Positions 14,302 to 26,756 of a DNA stretch of 64,000 nucleotides are shown one piece after another (the first letter of the stretch is position 1; every line of letters starts with the position of its first letter). Made by a program: the position numbers and the translations under genes. Where the stretch lies: the NCBI GenBank assembly GCA_951406725.2, contig OX597839.1, forward strand, positions 26,536,001-26,600,000, given 5' to 3'. The DNA comes from Octopus vulgaris. Taxonomy: Eukaryota. The notes below the pieces were generated by a model. The model searched no databases. It saw nothing but the letters and a program-made list of their open reading frames with translations, and was not told the DNA's origin.

Positions 14302-14931
14302 TTGGTAATAATAATAATAAAGTTTTATTCAGCAGTACCCATTAAATTTCCATTTTCTCCCAAATCTCTAATGCAAATTTAGCTGCTGGAATTATGCTCC
14401 AGAAATTTTCTAAGCACAACCACCTTGCTTGTTAGCAATTTAGTCAGTAGTTATCTCAATGTAAACTTAAAACTAATGGATTTATGCACATAATTTCCCA
14501 TTAGTAACTACTACAACTCACTTTGAAACTAACGAGCACTTTAAAAACTCTACTGCAATATTTAATTAAATATTAACTCAACTACAACAATGGCTGACGT
14601 ACGATTTGCGGACATGCGTTAATAAGTGTATTGCAGTTAACGATCTTCTTAGAGGTCATCAAATGTAGTTGATATATTATAACAACGTAAGAATAATATG
14701 ATGGTTCGTTGTTCAAACTTGATTATGACTAGCAATTGCATGATAAAAGAGGGTGGGGGGGGGGGAACAAGGCGCAAGAGTGGCTGGGTGCTAAGTAGCT
14801 TGCTTCCCAACCAGATGGTCCCAGGTTCAGTCCCACCGCATGGCACCTTTGGCAAGTGTCTTCTACTATAGCCTTGGGCCAACCAAAGCCTTGTGAGTGG
14901 ATTTGGTAGACGGAAACTGAAAGAAGACCAT

Positions 14932-15001
<70 letters not shown>

Positions 15002-15770
15002 GTGTGTTTGTCCCTGCATCACCACTTGACAATCAGTGTTGGTGTGTTTACATTCCTGTAACTTAGCGGTTCAGAAAAGAGACCAATAGAATAAGTACTA
15101 GGTTTAAAAAATACGTCCTGCAGTCGATTTGTTTGACTAAAACCCTTCAAGGCGGTACTCCAGCATGGCCACAGTCAAATGACTGAAACAAGTAAAAGAA
15201 TAGGTATAGCCATGGCTCTGTGGTTCAGAAGGTCCCTTTCCAAATGTGTGGTTTTGCTTTCTGTCCCACTACATGGCACCTTGGGCAAATGCCTCCCACT
15301 ATAACCCTGGACCAACCAATACCTTGTGAGTGGATTTGGTAAATGGAAACCTGTGTGGAAGCCTACCCTGTGTGTGTGTGTGTGTGTGTGTGTGAGTGTG
15401 TGTGTGTGTGTGTGCGTGTGTTTGACCACCTCACATTACCTTTGACGACTGGCTTTGGTTTGTTTCAGAGAGGAAGATGTAAAAAGCTAATCCTGTTTGT
15501 CCACTGGTAATTGATGAAGGGCAATGACTAAATATACAGCACTTCAACAGAGAATGCACAAGGAATGTAGCCATAAAACCAGAAAGACTGTGTGTTAAGG
15601 CTAAACAAAACAGAGACAGGAGGAGAGAGAGAGAGAGAGAAGGGACGGAGAGAGGGAGAGTGAAGGAGAGGGAGTCATATCAATATATATGTTTAGTTAT
15701 GATGTGGAATTAGGACTGTGTAGTTGGATCATATGATATTGTGACAGTTTGGAAGGTGAGGATTACCAAC

Positions 15771-15824
15771 TGATTTTGATTTCTTAAAAGACTCATCAGA
15801 ATTTGCTCGCTGCCCCTTTGCAGA
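15771..15824 (-). CDS. Candidate 54-nt symmetric (phase 0/0) exon SAKGQRANSDESFKKSKS
   Basis: Acceptor gttattctcattctgcag|, donor TCA|gttggt (alternative G|gtaatc 4 nt further). Phase matches the end of the 32168 exon. Confidence 0.35.
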
Positions 15825-16592
15825 CTGCAGAATGAGAATAACGATTATAACCCATGTGGCAATGACATTCAGGTAACTAATAGTGCAAAACTGCAAGTAC
15901 TTTACCCATAAATGAAGTGTACTTTTCAAAATCTTGATACATTTTAAAAATAGTTTTGTGTTCCTATTGTTAGGCAGCCAGAGAAGGAACCCTAAGTGGG
16001 TCATGGTGAGCCCCCAAAAAGGCCCATGGTCTAAACATGGGGCCTAATTTCAGAACAAAACTAAATACATTTAAATATAACTCTGTATGCATATTTATGG
16101 AAGACCAGCAGTTGCCCATGCATATCAACCTCCATTCTCCATGCCACCAATGTTATCCAAGGGAAAAGGAAAGGCTGATTGATACAGCTTGGCACCAGTG
16201 ACATCACAACTCATTTCAACAGCTGAGTGAACTGGAGCAATGTGAAATAAAGTGTCTTGCTCAAGAACACAACACACAGCCCGGTCCGGGAATCAAACTC
16301 GGTACCTCATGGATTGTGAGCCCGATGCTCAAACCACTGAGCCATGCATGTAATAAGAGGTAACTAAAAGCATTAGTGACACTGTCTCAAAAAAATGAAT
16401 AAAAAACACACAATCCAACCCATGCCAGTAAGGAAAAGTAGATGTAAAACACTGCAGATGAATGATACACATCTAAAAGCCCCCCTAATTCCATTTCTGA
16501 GACCAGCTCAAGACCACTCTCCTCCACTGCTCCATTGACATAAATATCTGAGAGACAATTGCCAGGGGCCACCCAAAGTGGTGGCTCATCAT

Positions 16593-16943
16593 CGTTGAGA
16601 GAACAGACTTGATGGAAAACAACAGCCATCAAGAGGTGGAAGTCAGATGTCGAAGAAGATGCAAAGAGCAACTCGCACTTCCTCGACCCCCCCCCTAACC
16701 CTCTCTTGCAATAAATGCCCTCACGGTGCTTCTGTCTTGTACTCCGTCTTAACAGCCGGCACTGGCACTCGTTGAGAGAACAGACTTGATGGAAAACAAC
16801 AGCCATCAAGAGGTGGAAGTCAGATGTCGAAGAAGATGCAAAGAGCAACTCGCACTTCCTCGTCCCCCGCTAACCCTCTCTTGCAATAAATGCCCTCACG
16901 GTGCTTCTGTCTTGTCCTTCGTCTTAACAGCTGGCACTGGCAC
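16593..16943 (+). mobile_element. Tandemly duplicated (177-bp unit x2) probable RTE-like LINE 3' fragment
   Basis: Two near-identical units starting at 16593 and 16770; frameshifted RRRCKE...LSCNKCP/RCF...LNSRH resembles a terminal C2H2 finger. Confidence 0.5.
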
Positions 16944-18960
16944 GCTTTGCACCCATTCAGATGAAGAGGCTGAATCACTAGCTACATGTCTACTACTCGG
17001 ATATGAGTTAACGTGGCCAGCATTGATAGCGAAGAGCAACAATGAAAAGACTAATAATAAAAGTTGCTGATGAGGCAATATTTGTTTTCAATGGACGATT
17101 CCTGTTGACGTAAGTGTATTCTAAATAGCATGGCATTGCTTTTGTTATGTTTACAAGACCAAGACTAAGCTATGTTTTTTTTTTTCCTATCTGACACAAT
17201 GACATCAATTACGAGGAAAAAAATTTGCAATAAAACTAGAAACGTGACTGTCCAGCTACACAATACATTATATTTTAGCTGTTGTTTCATGTCCTTGGAT
17301 ACAGCCTTGAAGGGTTTTAGTTGAATCAATCAATCCTGGTGCTTTTTAAAGCCTGGTGCTTATTGTATCTACCTCTCGTTGCAGGGATGTAAAAAAAAAC
17401 CAAAAAAACACTGGCTGTCAAGCATGGGGGTGGGGCAAATACAAAGACAACGGTACACATACAGTTAATGAGTGTATGTGTGTGAAGGTGAATGGTCTAG
17501 TGGTCAGCGTGTTAGATTCATAATCTAGTGATCATGGGTTCGAACCCTGGACTGAGTGGTAGTTGTGCTCTTGAGCAAAACACTTTATTTCAGTCCACTC
17601 AGCTGTAAATGGGTCACACCCTGCAACAGACTAGCCTTCCAATCAGGGACAATGTTGGCCTGGTTTGCCTGGTCGACAGGGTGGCTAAAAACGATGCAAA
17701 GCGCATTGTGACCAGCAATGTATAACAACATCTGATAGTCTGATTGCTCACAATATGTGTGTGTGTAATGGCTTCCACAGTTTCCACCTACCAAATCATG
17801 AGGTATCGGTCAAGCCCAAAGCTACAACAAAAGACACTTGCTCAAGGTGCTGCACGGGGAATGAACTTGCAACCACTTGGTTTGCTAAGTGACTTTCTTA
17901 ACCAAACAGCTATGTCTGCACCTATAAAGCAAGTTTGGTTTCCAATCTGAAAATTCAGCTTCAACGACTAAACTTTACGTAGCTTAACATTCAATACGAA
18001 GACACATAAATATAATGTGTTTGAGGAACACTCAAATCAAGAATCAATTAGTGCATAGTTTCAAATGAATTATGCGACAGCAAAACATTTGCAATTATAG
18101 GCACAGGCATGATTGTGTGGTAAGAAGCTTGCTTCCCAACCACATGGTTCCAGGTTCAGTCCCACTGCATGGCACCTTGAGCACCTGACCAAAGCCTTGT
18201 GAGTGGATTTGGTAGACAGAAACTGAAAGAAGCCTGTCGTATATATACATGGGCATGGCTGTGTGGTTAGGGAGCTTGCTTCCTAGCTACATGGTTTCGG
18301 GTTCAGTCCCACTGCGTGGCACTTTGGGTAGGTGTCTTCCGCTATAGCCCCGAGCCGACCGAAGCTTTGTGATTGAATTCGGCAGGCGGAAGTTACTGCC
18401 GTGTGTGTATATGTGCGTGTAAGTGCTTGTGCTTCTCCGAAAGAGGGAGAGGGTATGTATATATATTGATGTGTGTGTGTGTGTGTATCTTTGTTTGTCC
18501 CCACCAACATCGCATGAGAACCGATATTGGTGTGTTTATGTCCCTGAAATTTAGCGGCTCAGCAAAAGAGACCGATAGAATAAGTACTAAGCTTACAAAG
18601 AATAAGTCCTGGGATTGATTTCTTCGACTAAAGGCAGTGCTCCAGTATGGCCCCAGTCAAATGACTGGAACGTGTAAAAGAGAGTAATTAAAACTTGGTA
18701 TTCACAACGAAGTACCCTTGTTCCAAGAAGTATTCTTTTACTCTTTGAAATGTTTTGGTCATCTGACTAAAGCCATGCTGGGGCACCACCTTAAAGAGAT
18801 TTTAGTCTTAGAAATCGACCCCAGCATATTCTTTGTTAGTCTAGCACTTATTCTATGGGTAACTTTTAACAAACCGCTAAGTTATGGGGATGTAAACACA
18901 CCAACAATAGTTGTCAAACGATGGTGGAGAGAAAAACACACACAAAAAAATGTATGTGTG

Positions 18961-18999
<39 letters not shown>

Positions 19000-19040
19000 T
19001 AAAAAAAATGGAGTTAACGCAGGTGTAATCAAATATTTTT

Positions 19041-19126
19041 ACTTTCGACACATGTTTCGAAAATTCCACTGATACTATTCAAAAGAATAAATGGTATAAA
19101 CAATGCAATCTTCTCCTCAGGAAAGT
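19041..19126 (-). ncRNA. Type-I hammerhead ribozyme, apparently intact core
   Basis: Minus strand: actttc-CTGAGGA-gaagatt...aattttc-GAAA-c atgt g-TC-gaaagt. 6-bp stem I, 7-bp stem II, minimal stem III, GUC cleavage triplet. Confidence 0.8.
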
Positions 19127-20155
19127 GAAAAAAACGAAACTCGTCAATAAGACATCTTGCTGCCCTGGTAACTATTTATTTATATTTTTTCCATGTTAAT
19201 TGTTAACAAGGTAAAAATACACTCATCTATCTATATATATATATATATATACACACACACTCACACATACATACAATGGGCTTCTTTCAGTTTTCGTCTA
19301 CCAAATTCACTCACAGGTCTTTGGTCAGCCCAAGGCTATAGTAGAAGTCACTTGCCCAAGTTGCCATGCAGTGGGACTGAACCTGGGATCATGTGGTTGA
19401 GAAGCAAGCTTCTTACCACACAGCCATGCCTGTATATGGATTTAAAATTTGGTTTTCTTTTGCAATGTGGAAACTTTCTGGTTGAATTAGCTCCAGTCAT
19501 TTCCTATGGCAAGTAATTAAATTATCCACGGATATGTATTCCGATTCCACAATATTTCAAGAGGAACTTTTAAGGTTATATTTGGCATCAGAATAGTGAG
19601 TGACCTAAATAACATCTAACAGCATTTCCCAAACTTATTACTCTCGGGGAACCCTTGAAATACATTCCAGGTCTCAGGAAACCCCTGCATAAAAATTATT
19701 ATATATATATATCTTTCTTAATCTTCTTTTTGTTTTATGCCTTTTATAACAGATTAAATTAATCACAGAACCATCTTAGAAAGGTTTGTCAGTGCTAAAT
19801 CCATCAAACACCACAGAGGAGGTTTAAGGAATTTTCTCTTCCCAGATTGTTTAGATGAGATTCCCCAACAGTTGCCTATTAACCCTTTTGTTACTAATCC
19901 AGCTGAAACTAGCTCTGTAGTACAAATGTCTTGTTTTCAAAAATTCTGAATTAAAATCTTCCACCAAACATTAGTCACAATTTATCTTCCTAACACTAGC
20001 TTAATGATAACGAAGTTATTTTACAAAAATTCTTTGTTTTATCTCAAGTAATTGAAAGAAACACAAAGCATCTTATTACATAGAGATATCAGGATTTCTC
20101 TACTTTATGGAATATACCATATATATATATATATATATATATTAATCAAGATACC

Positions 20156-20245
20156 CTTGGCCTGAAGAGTAGCCTGTAGTGTACACCTCACTTGGATATT
20201 TACTACTTCTAAGGTTCTGCTCATTATGAAACACATGTAGCCAAG
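20156..20245 (+). ncRNA. Type-I hammerhead ribozyme motif, stem II weakened
   Basis: cttggc-CTGAAGA-gtag...ttat-GAAA-cacatg-TA-gccaag; perfect 6-bp stem I. Confidence 0.6.
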
Positions 20246-23200
20246 ATATCATCTATTCTACTCTAGGCACAAGGCCTGAAATTTTTTGGGGGAGAGGCCA
20301 GTTGATTAGATTGATCTCAGCAAGTAACTGGTACTTAATTTATTGACCTCAAAAGGATGAAAGGCAAAGGTGACCTCAGCGGAATTTGAACTCAGAACAT
20401 AAAGACAGACAAAATACTGCTAAGCATTTTGCCCAGTGTGATAACGTTTCTACCCATCTCGCCACCTTATATTATCTATTATCTACTAGATATTATTTTA
20501 TCTAGTAGCCTGGATATTATCTACTCCATTCATAAACTCTTGTATTTTATTCACATACCTAGCAACTCTGCCTCCCTATTGTGAAATATAAAACATTTTT
20601 TTCAGCTTACCATACTTCAATATGGAAAAAAAAAATCTACAACCTTCCTCCTAAAGAAACCACTATTGCTCACAAGAGTTGTTTTTTTTATATTTTTTCT
20701 ATGGTTTGCTTGAAGCTAACTTTCTTCCTACACCTTGACCCTTGGATCTTACATTTATATAACAAAATTACGAATAGAGAATGAACAAAACTGCATTGGC
20801 ATGTAATAAGCTTATCACAAGGATGAGATATTTCTCAAGGAATCCCTATTAACTCTTTCTAAGAGCCCTTGTGCTCTGCGGAAACCTCAGTTGGAGAATG
20901 CTGTAATATACAGAACTATGGTTTAGCTCCCAGACCAGCTTTGATCAAAGGCATTCCAGTAATAATACCATTTTCTCCCTTTTTTGCAGACACAATGTAT
21001 TAAAGATTAATTTGTCCTTATTTTTTTAAGGTAAAGATTTAACTGTTACTTCTGACAAACTGAACAACTACAAAGGGGTTCCCTAATTGGCTCATCAATG
21101 AAGCTGGAAGAAATATCTGATCTCAGATATTTCTTCCTAGTTTTAGAGGGCCAGTATGCAAGGTTTTCTTTTTTCTGCTGTCTTCTATCAATAGCCTGAT
21201 TCACGTTGCAAAATAAATCCAACAACAGCAGATGATAAACACTAGGAAGAGTGAGTTTTGGTCAAGGGGCCTTCAAATGAACCAGGAAGTTTGTTAAGAA
21301 AACAGTAATGAACCCCATCCCAACAAAACTTGTTTGAAAGTAGGAAAAAGTGCTGACAGGAACTCAATTCTCTGTGGTCAGAACAAACAACTGGTGTATT
21401 ATGGGTGCAGTGGAGGAATCCAGGAAAACTAAAAAAAAATAAGACAAATTGCAAACTGAGACTGAAAACTATTGACAGTTTGAATAGCTAAGTTACGGGG
21501 ATACTAACACAAAGACACATACACAACAGGCTTCTTTATGTTTCCGTCTACCAAATCTACTCACAAGGCTTTGGTCAGCTTGAGGTTACAGTAGTAGGCA
21601 CTTGTCCAGCATGCCACGTAGTGGGATTGAACCTGGAACCATATCAATTAGAGTGCCATGTCAAGGTAAGGTGACACAAACACACACATAATATGATTCT
21701 TTTAGTTTCCGTCAACCAAATCCAATCAGAGGCTTTGGTCAGTTCAAGATTATAGTTGGAAATATCTGACCGAGGTACTGTGCAGTGGGATTGAACCAGC
21801 ATGTGGTTGCAAAGTGAACTTCCTAACCACACAGCCATGCAAATGAATAGATGATACATGGTGGGCGTGAAGGCTGAAGGTAGCGAGCGGGTAACAATAT
21901 TACATGTAAACCAAGGAAGACTTGTCCTGGACTAATTAGATCAATCACATGTATATTGGGTTACAGACTATGCCTTTTGGGCTTAGTTGTTTTGTTGACA
22001 ATTTCAAAGAATTATACTTGGGGAAAGGATTAAGTTGATTACACTGATCCCAGTGCATAACTGGTACTTATTTAATCAACCCTGAAAGGACGAAAGGCAA
22101 AAATCGACCTTGGTGGAATTTGAACTCAGAATGTAACAATAGATGAAATGCCGCTAAGCATTTTGTCTAGCGAGCTAACAATTCAGCCAGCTTGTTGCAA
22201 AAACACAAACAAAAAATCTTAGCTGTGTAAAAAATACAGAAAATATTTTCCAGCAAATGAAGGACAGTAGCTGATTGCTTTTCCAACCATGGACCACAAA
22301 CATTAACTTGATTCAATGACACACAGTCCGATGTAAAACGAAAAGCAACAAACCAAACATAGTCAGGAAGACAGAAGAAAGGAAGCAAAAGAAGAAGAAG
22401 AAAAAAATGATAAAAGCAAGCGAGCTTTGTCATCCAAATAGATATCACCAAAACAAATTAAACGTACTCAAATGTCTTTCAGCACAAATTATTGATTTTT
22501 CCGTAACCAGAAGAGAGAGAGAAAATCAGGTCAGTATTCTTTACAGGAAACTCTCGCAGAACGCACAACAAGTTGACTGATATTAAAACTGTCCCAAGAC
22601 AACTCAGCAGAAAGATGAAAAGAATTAACATCTGGAGTTTCAGACCAAAAACCCGTGCAGAGATTAGAATAAGTGCTTATGTTATTTTCAGTCAATAATT
22701 CAATTGCTTTGGAAATATAAAACTTAGCAAAAGCAAAAATCAGTAAGTTTTAATCTTAAAATCCCCAAAGAATTCAAGTAAATAAAAAGAAAGAAAGAAA
22801 CTATTAAATAGTGTCGATTGTCTAAAATAATTTTTGAAAGGTATACAAGTGTCTGGTGTTTGTTTTGTTGTTTGTTTTTATAAACACCTGAAAGCAATGA
22901 ATTTTTAAAAAAAATTTTATGTACTAGGTGCAGGCATGGCTATGTGGTTAAGAAGCTTGCTTTACAACCATATGGTTCCAGGTTCAGTCCCACTGTGTGG
23001 CACCTTGGGCAAGTATCTGGTACTATAGTGCCAAACCAACCAATGTCTTGTGAGTGAAAACTGTCACACACACACACATATATATATACACACACACATA
23101 TGTATATATATACACACGCTTGTGTGTGTCTAGAGTAGAAAAGAATATTACTGGCAATCCATGAAACAATATCTGGTACTTCTTATGGGGCAGTATTAAC

Positions 23201-23273
23201 CCATTTTATACCAACCTGCCAAATACTGCCCTAATTCTATGATACAAACTTCCTGTTTTAAATTGAACTAAAC

Positions 23274-23553
23274 CAGTGGTTCTTAACCAGGGTCCATATG
23301 GCTCTTTGTGGAGGTAGGGGTCCATATAAGATTTTGTTATTAAAATTTATCTGCAATATACTGGTTATACTTCTACAATACACAAAATTTTAATAATTAT
23401 ACAAAAATATTTTAATAATTACAATTCCTAATGATATTTAATACTAAAAGTATAATAGGATTTTTTTAAACACCAAATGGGTAGGAGGGTCCAACCAAGT
23501 AAAATAGGAACTAAAAGGGGCCCAAAAGTAAAAAAAATTGTTGAGAACCACTG
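23274..23553. mobile_element. hAT-type MITE
   Basis: CAGTGGTTCTTAAC...GTTGAGAACCACTG; degenerate 8-bp TSD aactaaac/gtttaaac. Confidence 0.7.
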
Positions 23554-25589
23554 GTTTAAACCAGTGCTCTGTAATCCATGATAGCATGGATTAAGATGAA
23601 AACACTGAGGCATTCTTTTTAAACCAGATGCCCTTCCTGTCACTCACCATTACTTGATTTTCAAATAAGAGATATCCTATGCCTTTGAAGGCACAAAGCC
23701 AGCAACTTGTTGACAGGGGGAGACAACAACCACCTCACTTTTAGTTCAATTTTCAGAAGTGCAAACGGAAGCAAACACACACAAACTTGGAAAGCTTCTC
23801 CCTACTTTTGCCTACCAAATCCACTCTCACGGTTTGGGCCAATGCAGCGTCACAGCACTAAGCACTTGCCCAGGGTGCTGTGCAGTGGGATTCAACCCGA
23901 AACTATGTGGTTGAGAAAGAAAACTTCTTAACCACACACACCCTCATCAAATTGAAATTATGTGTAATTCAATATCTGATCAAACAGCAGAAAGTATGAA
24001 AGTCTTCAAACATGAAACAAAACTAAATTTATAAACCCAGCCCAACAACAACAACAACAACAACCACAACAATCAACATCACCAATAGAGATCAATGTAA
24101 ATCAAACTTATTTTGGGTTTAACTTCTATGTAGCAGCGCTGTTCAGATATTTCATGTAGTAAGCGAAATGTTTTAAAATAGCCTAAACAGCAAAAAAAGT
24201 TTATCAACTTAAGATGCTAATTCAAATTTTAACAGCTTTGAGAACCTCAAAAGTCTAAGATCAAAGTTTTACTGGTGTATGATTACATCGTAGGATTTTA
24301 GGATATTTTAAGAAGGAAATGTGTATTAAATAAACTATGAGTTGGTGAAGGCACATGAGTGGCTGAGTGGTAAGAAGCTTGCTTCCTAACCATATGATCG
24401 TGGGTTCAGTCTACTGTGTGGCACCTTGGGTAAGTACCTTCTACTATATCCTCGGGCTGACCAACGCCTTGTGAGTGGATTTGGTAGGCGGAAACTGAAA
24501 GAAGCCCATCGTATATATGTTTGTGTATGTATGTCTTATTTGTGTGTTCCCACCCCCATCACTTGACAACCGATGTTGGTGTGTTTACATCCCTGTCACT
24601 TAGCAGTTCGGCAAAAGAGACCGAAAGAATAAGTACTAGGCTTACAAAGAATAAGTTTTGGGGTTGATTTGTTCAACTGAAGGCGGTGCTCCAGCATGGC
24701 CGCAGTCAAATGACTGAAACAATTAAAAGAATAGTTATAAATGCACATAGCTTTCTTTCCATACTTCAGTTTTACAAGAACCACCCCACCAAAAGAGGTT
24801 TGCACTTTCTTCGCAGTTGAGTGACAAACAATAAGTCAAACGTTGTAAATATTTAAATATTTGTGTTTTTTGAGAAAAGAAACACATCTTCACCATGAGA
24901 GTCGAGAAAAGTAGATGCAAGAACAGAAGAATAAAAATGGCAAGAAGCAGACCGAAAAAAAAATATCTATAAAAAAAAAGCTCCAGAAAAAACAAACAAA
25001 AAAGACCAAGTATGAATAAAGAAAAGAATTGGAGAAAGAGATTACAAGATAGCATAGTAACAATTCTTGAGAAATAGTAAGTAATATATAACAGATCGGC
25101 AAAGGAAGAAGTATTATGTAAGCAACAATGGCTTGTTGGTTTTTTTTTGAAAGCCTAATAATAAAAAACAACTAGAAAACACTCAAATTACTCTTGATAA
25201 GCTTTCAGATAGGAGGGAGGGAGGGAGGGAAAGAGAAATTCTTCCAATTAGGTTATGTCAATATTATAAATCGCTCCAGTTTACATTTCCATGAATACTG
25301 CAAGAGACACAAACTTGGCTCAGTTCCACCAGCCGCCAACTTGAGAGAATTTACAGAACAGCTACATGCAGCCACTGCAAATGGCATGGATTTTTTTCTG
25401 TTTAGTAGGTGATTTCTGATTTATCGAGGAGAAGGAGAGAAAAGGTCAACAACAAAAGCAATTTCTTCTTTTTTTTTCTTTATCAAACAAATTTTGGAAA
25501 CATAAAAAAGAACAGCAAAAAAAAAAAGGATAAGAGCAGAGGCACTCCCCTCCCCATAACAAAAAAATAGTGGGGTGATAATATTTATT

Positions 25590-25995
25590 TCTTTATTGCC
25601 CACAAGGGGCTAAACAGAGAGGACAAACAAGGACAGACAAGGGGATTAAGTCGATTACATCGACACCAGTGCGTAACTGGTACTTACTTAATCGACCCTG
25701 AAAGGATGAAAGGCAAAGTCGACCTCGGCGGAATCTGAACTCAGAACGTAACGGCAGACGAAATACCTATTTCTTTACTACCCACAAGGGGCTAAACACA
25801 GAGGGGACAAACAAGGACAAACGGATTAAGTCAATTACATCGACCCCAGTGCGTAACTGGTACTTATTTAATCGACCCTGAAAGGATGAAAGGCAAAGTC
25901 GACCTTGGCGGAACTTGAACTCAGAACGTAGCGGCAAACAAAATACTGCTAAGCATTTCGCCTGGCGTGCTAACGTTTCTACCAGCTCGCCGCCT
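25590..25995 (-). mobile_element. Second SINE family, head-to-tail partial dimer
   Basis: Head GGCGAGCTGGTAGAAACGTTAGC, B-box-like GAGTTCAAGTTCC, body GCCTTTCATCCTTTCAGGGTCGAT. Other copies at ~7175-7375, 13075-13625, 20255-20465, 59030-59260. Confidence 0.8.
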
Positions 25996-26725
25996 GATAT
26001 CGTGGGGTGATATTATTTGCGGGGGCAAACCCCACACTTTCCAATTATTTCTTAAGAGTAAAAAGCAGGTGCAAGTGGGAATAATTAGTATAACCGTTTC
26101 TCACTGCTTTATACTGCTGGAGATAACTTTATATTGTTGCAGCGTTTGTCATGTAGCTACCAGAGCCACCAGACCCATGATGTGAAGGAAAGCAGTTCCT
26201 GTATCTGTTGTTTCAGATATGCCATACATCGTCCCTACCCAGCCTATTTCCATACTGCGAATACTAGCGTACAGGGGTTAATTGTTTAATTGTACAGAGC
26301 GCAGTGATAATTGCACAGAATGCAGCGTTGGTGTCTCAACACGTACTCTTTCCACTGTCCAGTCTATTTCTGTATTAATACCAATTCTGGTGCTAAGCAA
26401 GGTAGACATGGTCAGAGCACAACAGTTGCCATTTTTCTACACACATCATTGGTGGTGTTTATTCCATAACAGGAATCTGGAATGATGCCACAGTTTACAG
26501 GATGAATTAAAAAAAAAAAAAAAGAGAAAAAAAAGGCATTTACTTATGACTTGCATACTTCAGACCCTTTGGAGGACTTAGCCCTGCAAACTAAACATTT
26601 GTAAATTATACAGTGCTCCAGCTGCTTACGGTGATGGTGTTGTATCTAGGCCAAAGATATAAATATTAGCATAGCCGTATCTCAAAATTTAGAGTCTTCC
26701 ACATTCCATAGTGATATCTCCCCCC

Positions 26726-26756
<31 letters not shown>

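Noticed and set aside
16896-17078. Signal-peptide-like ORF (PHQQLLLLVFSLLLFA...)
   Set aside because: Starts at TTG rather than ATG, has an upstream in-frame stop, and runs into a repeat fragment.
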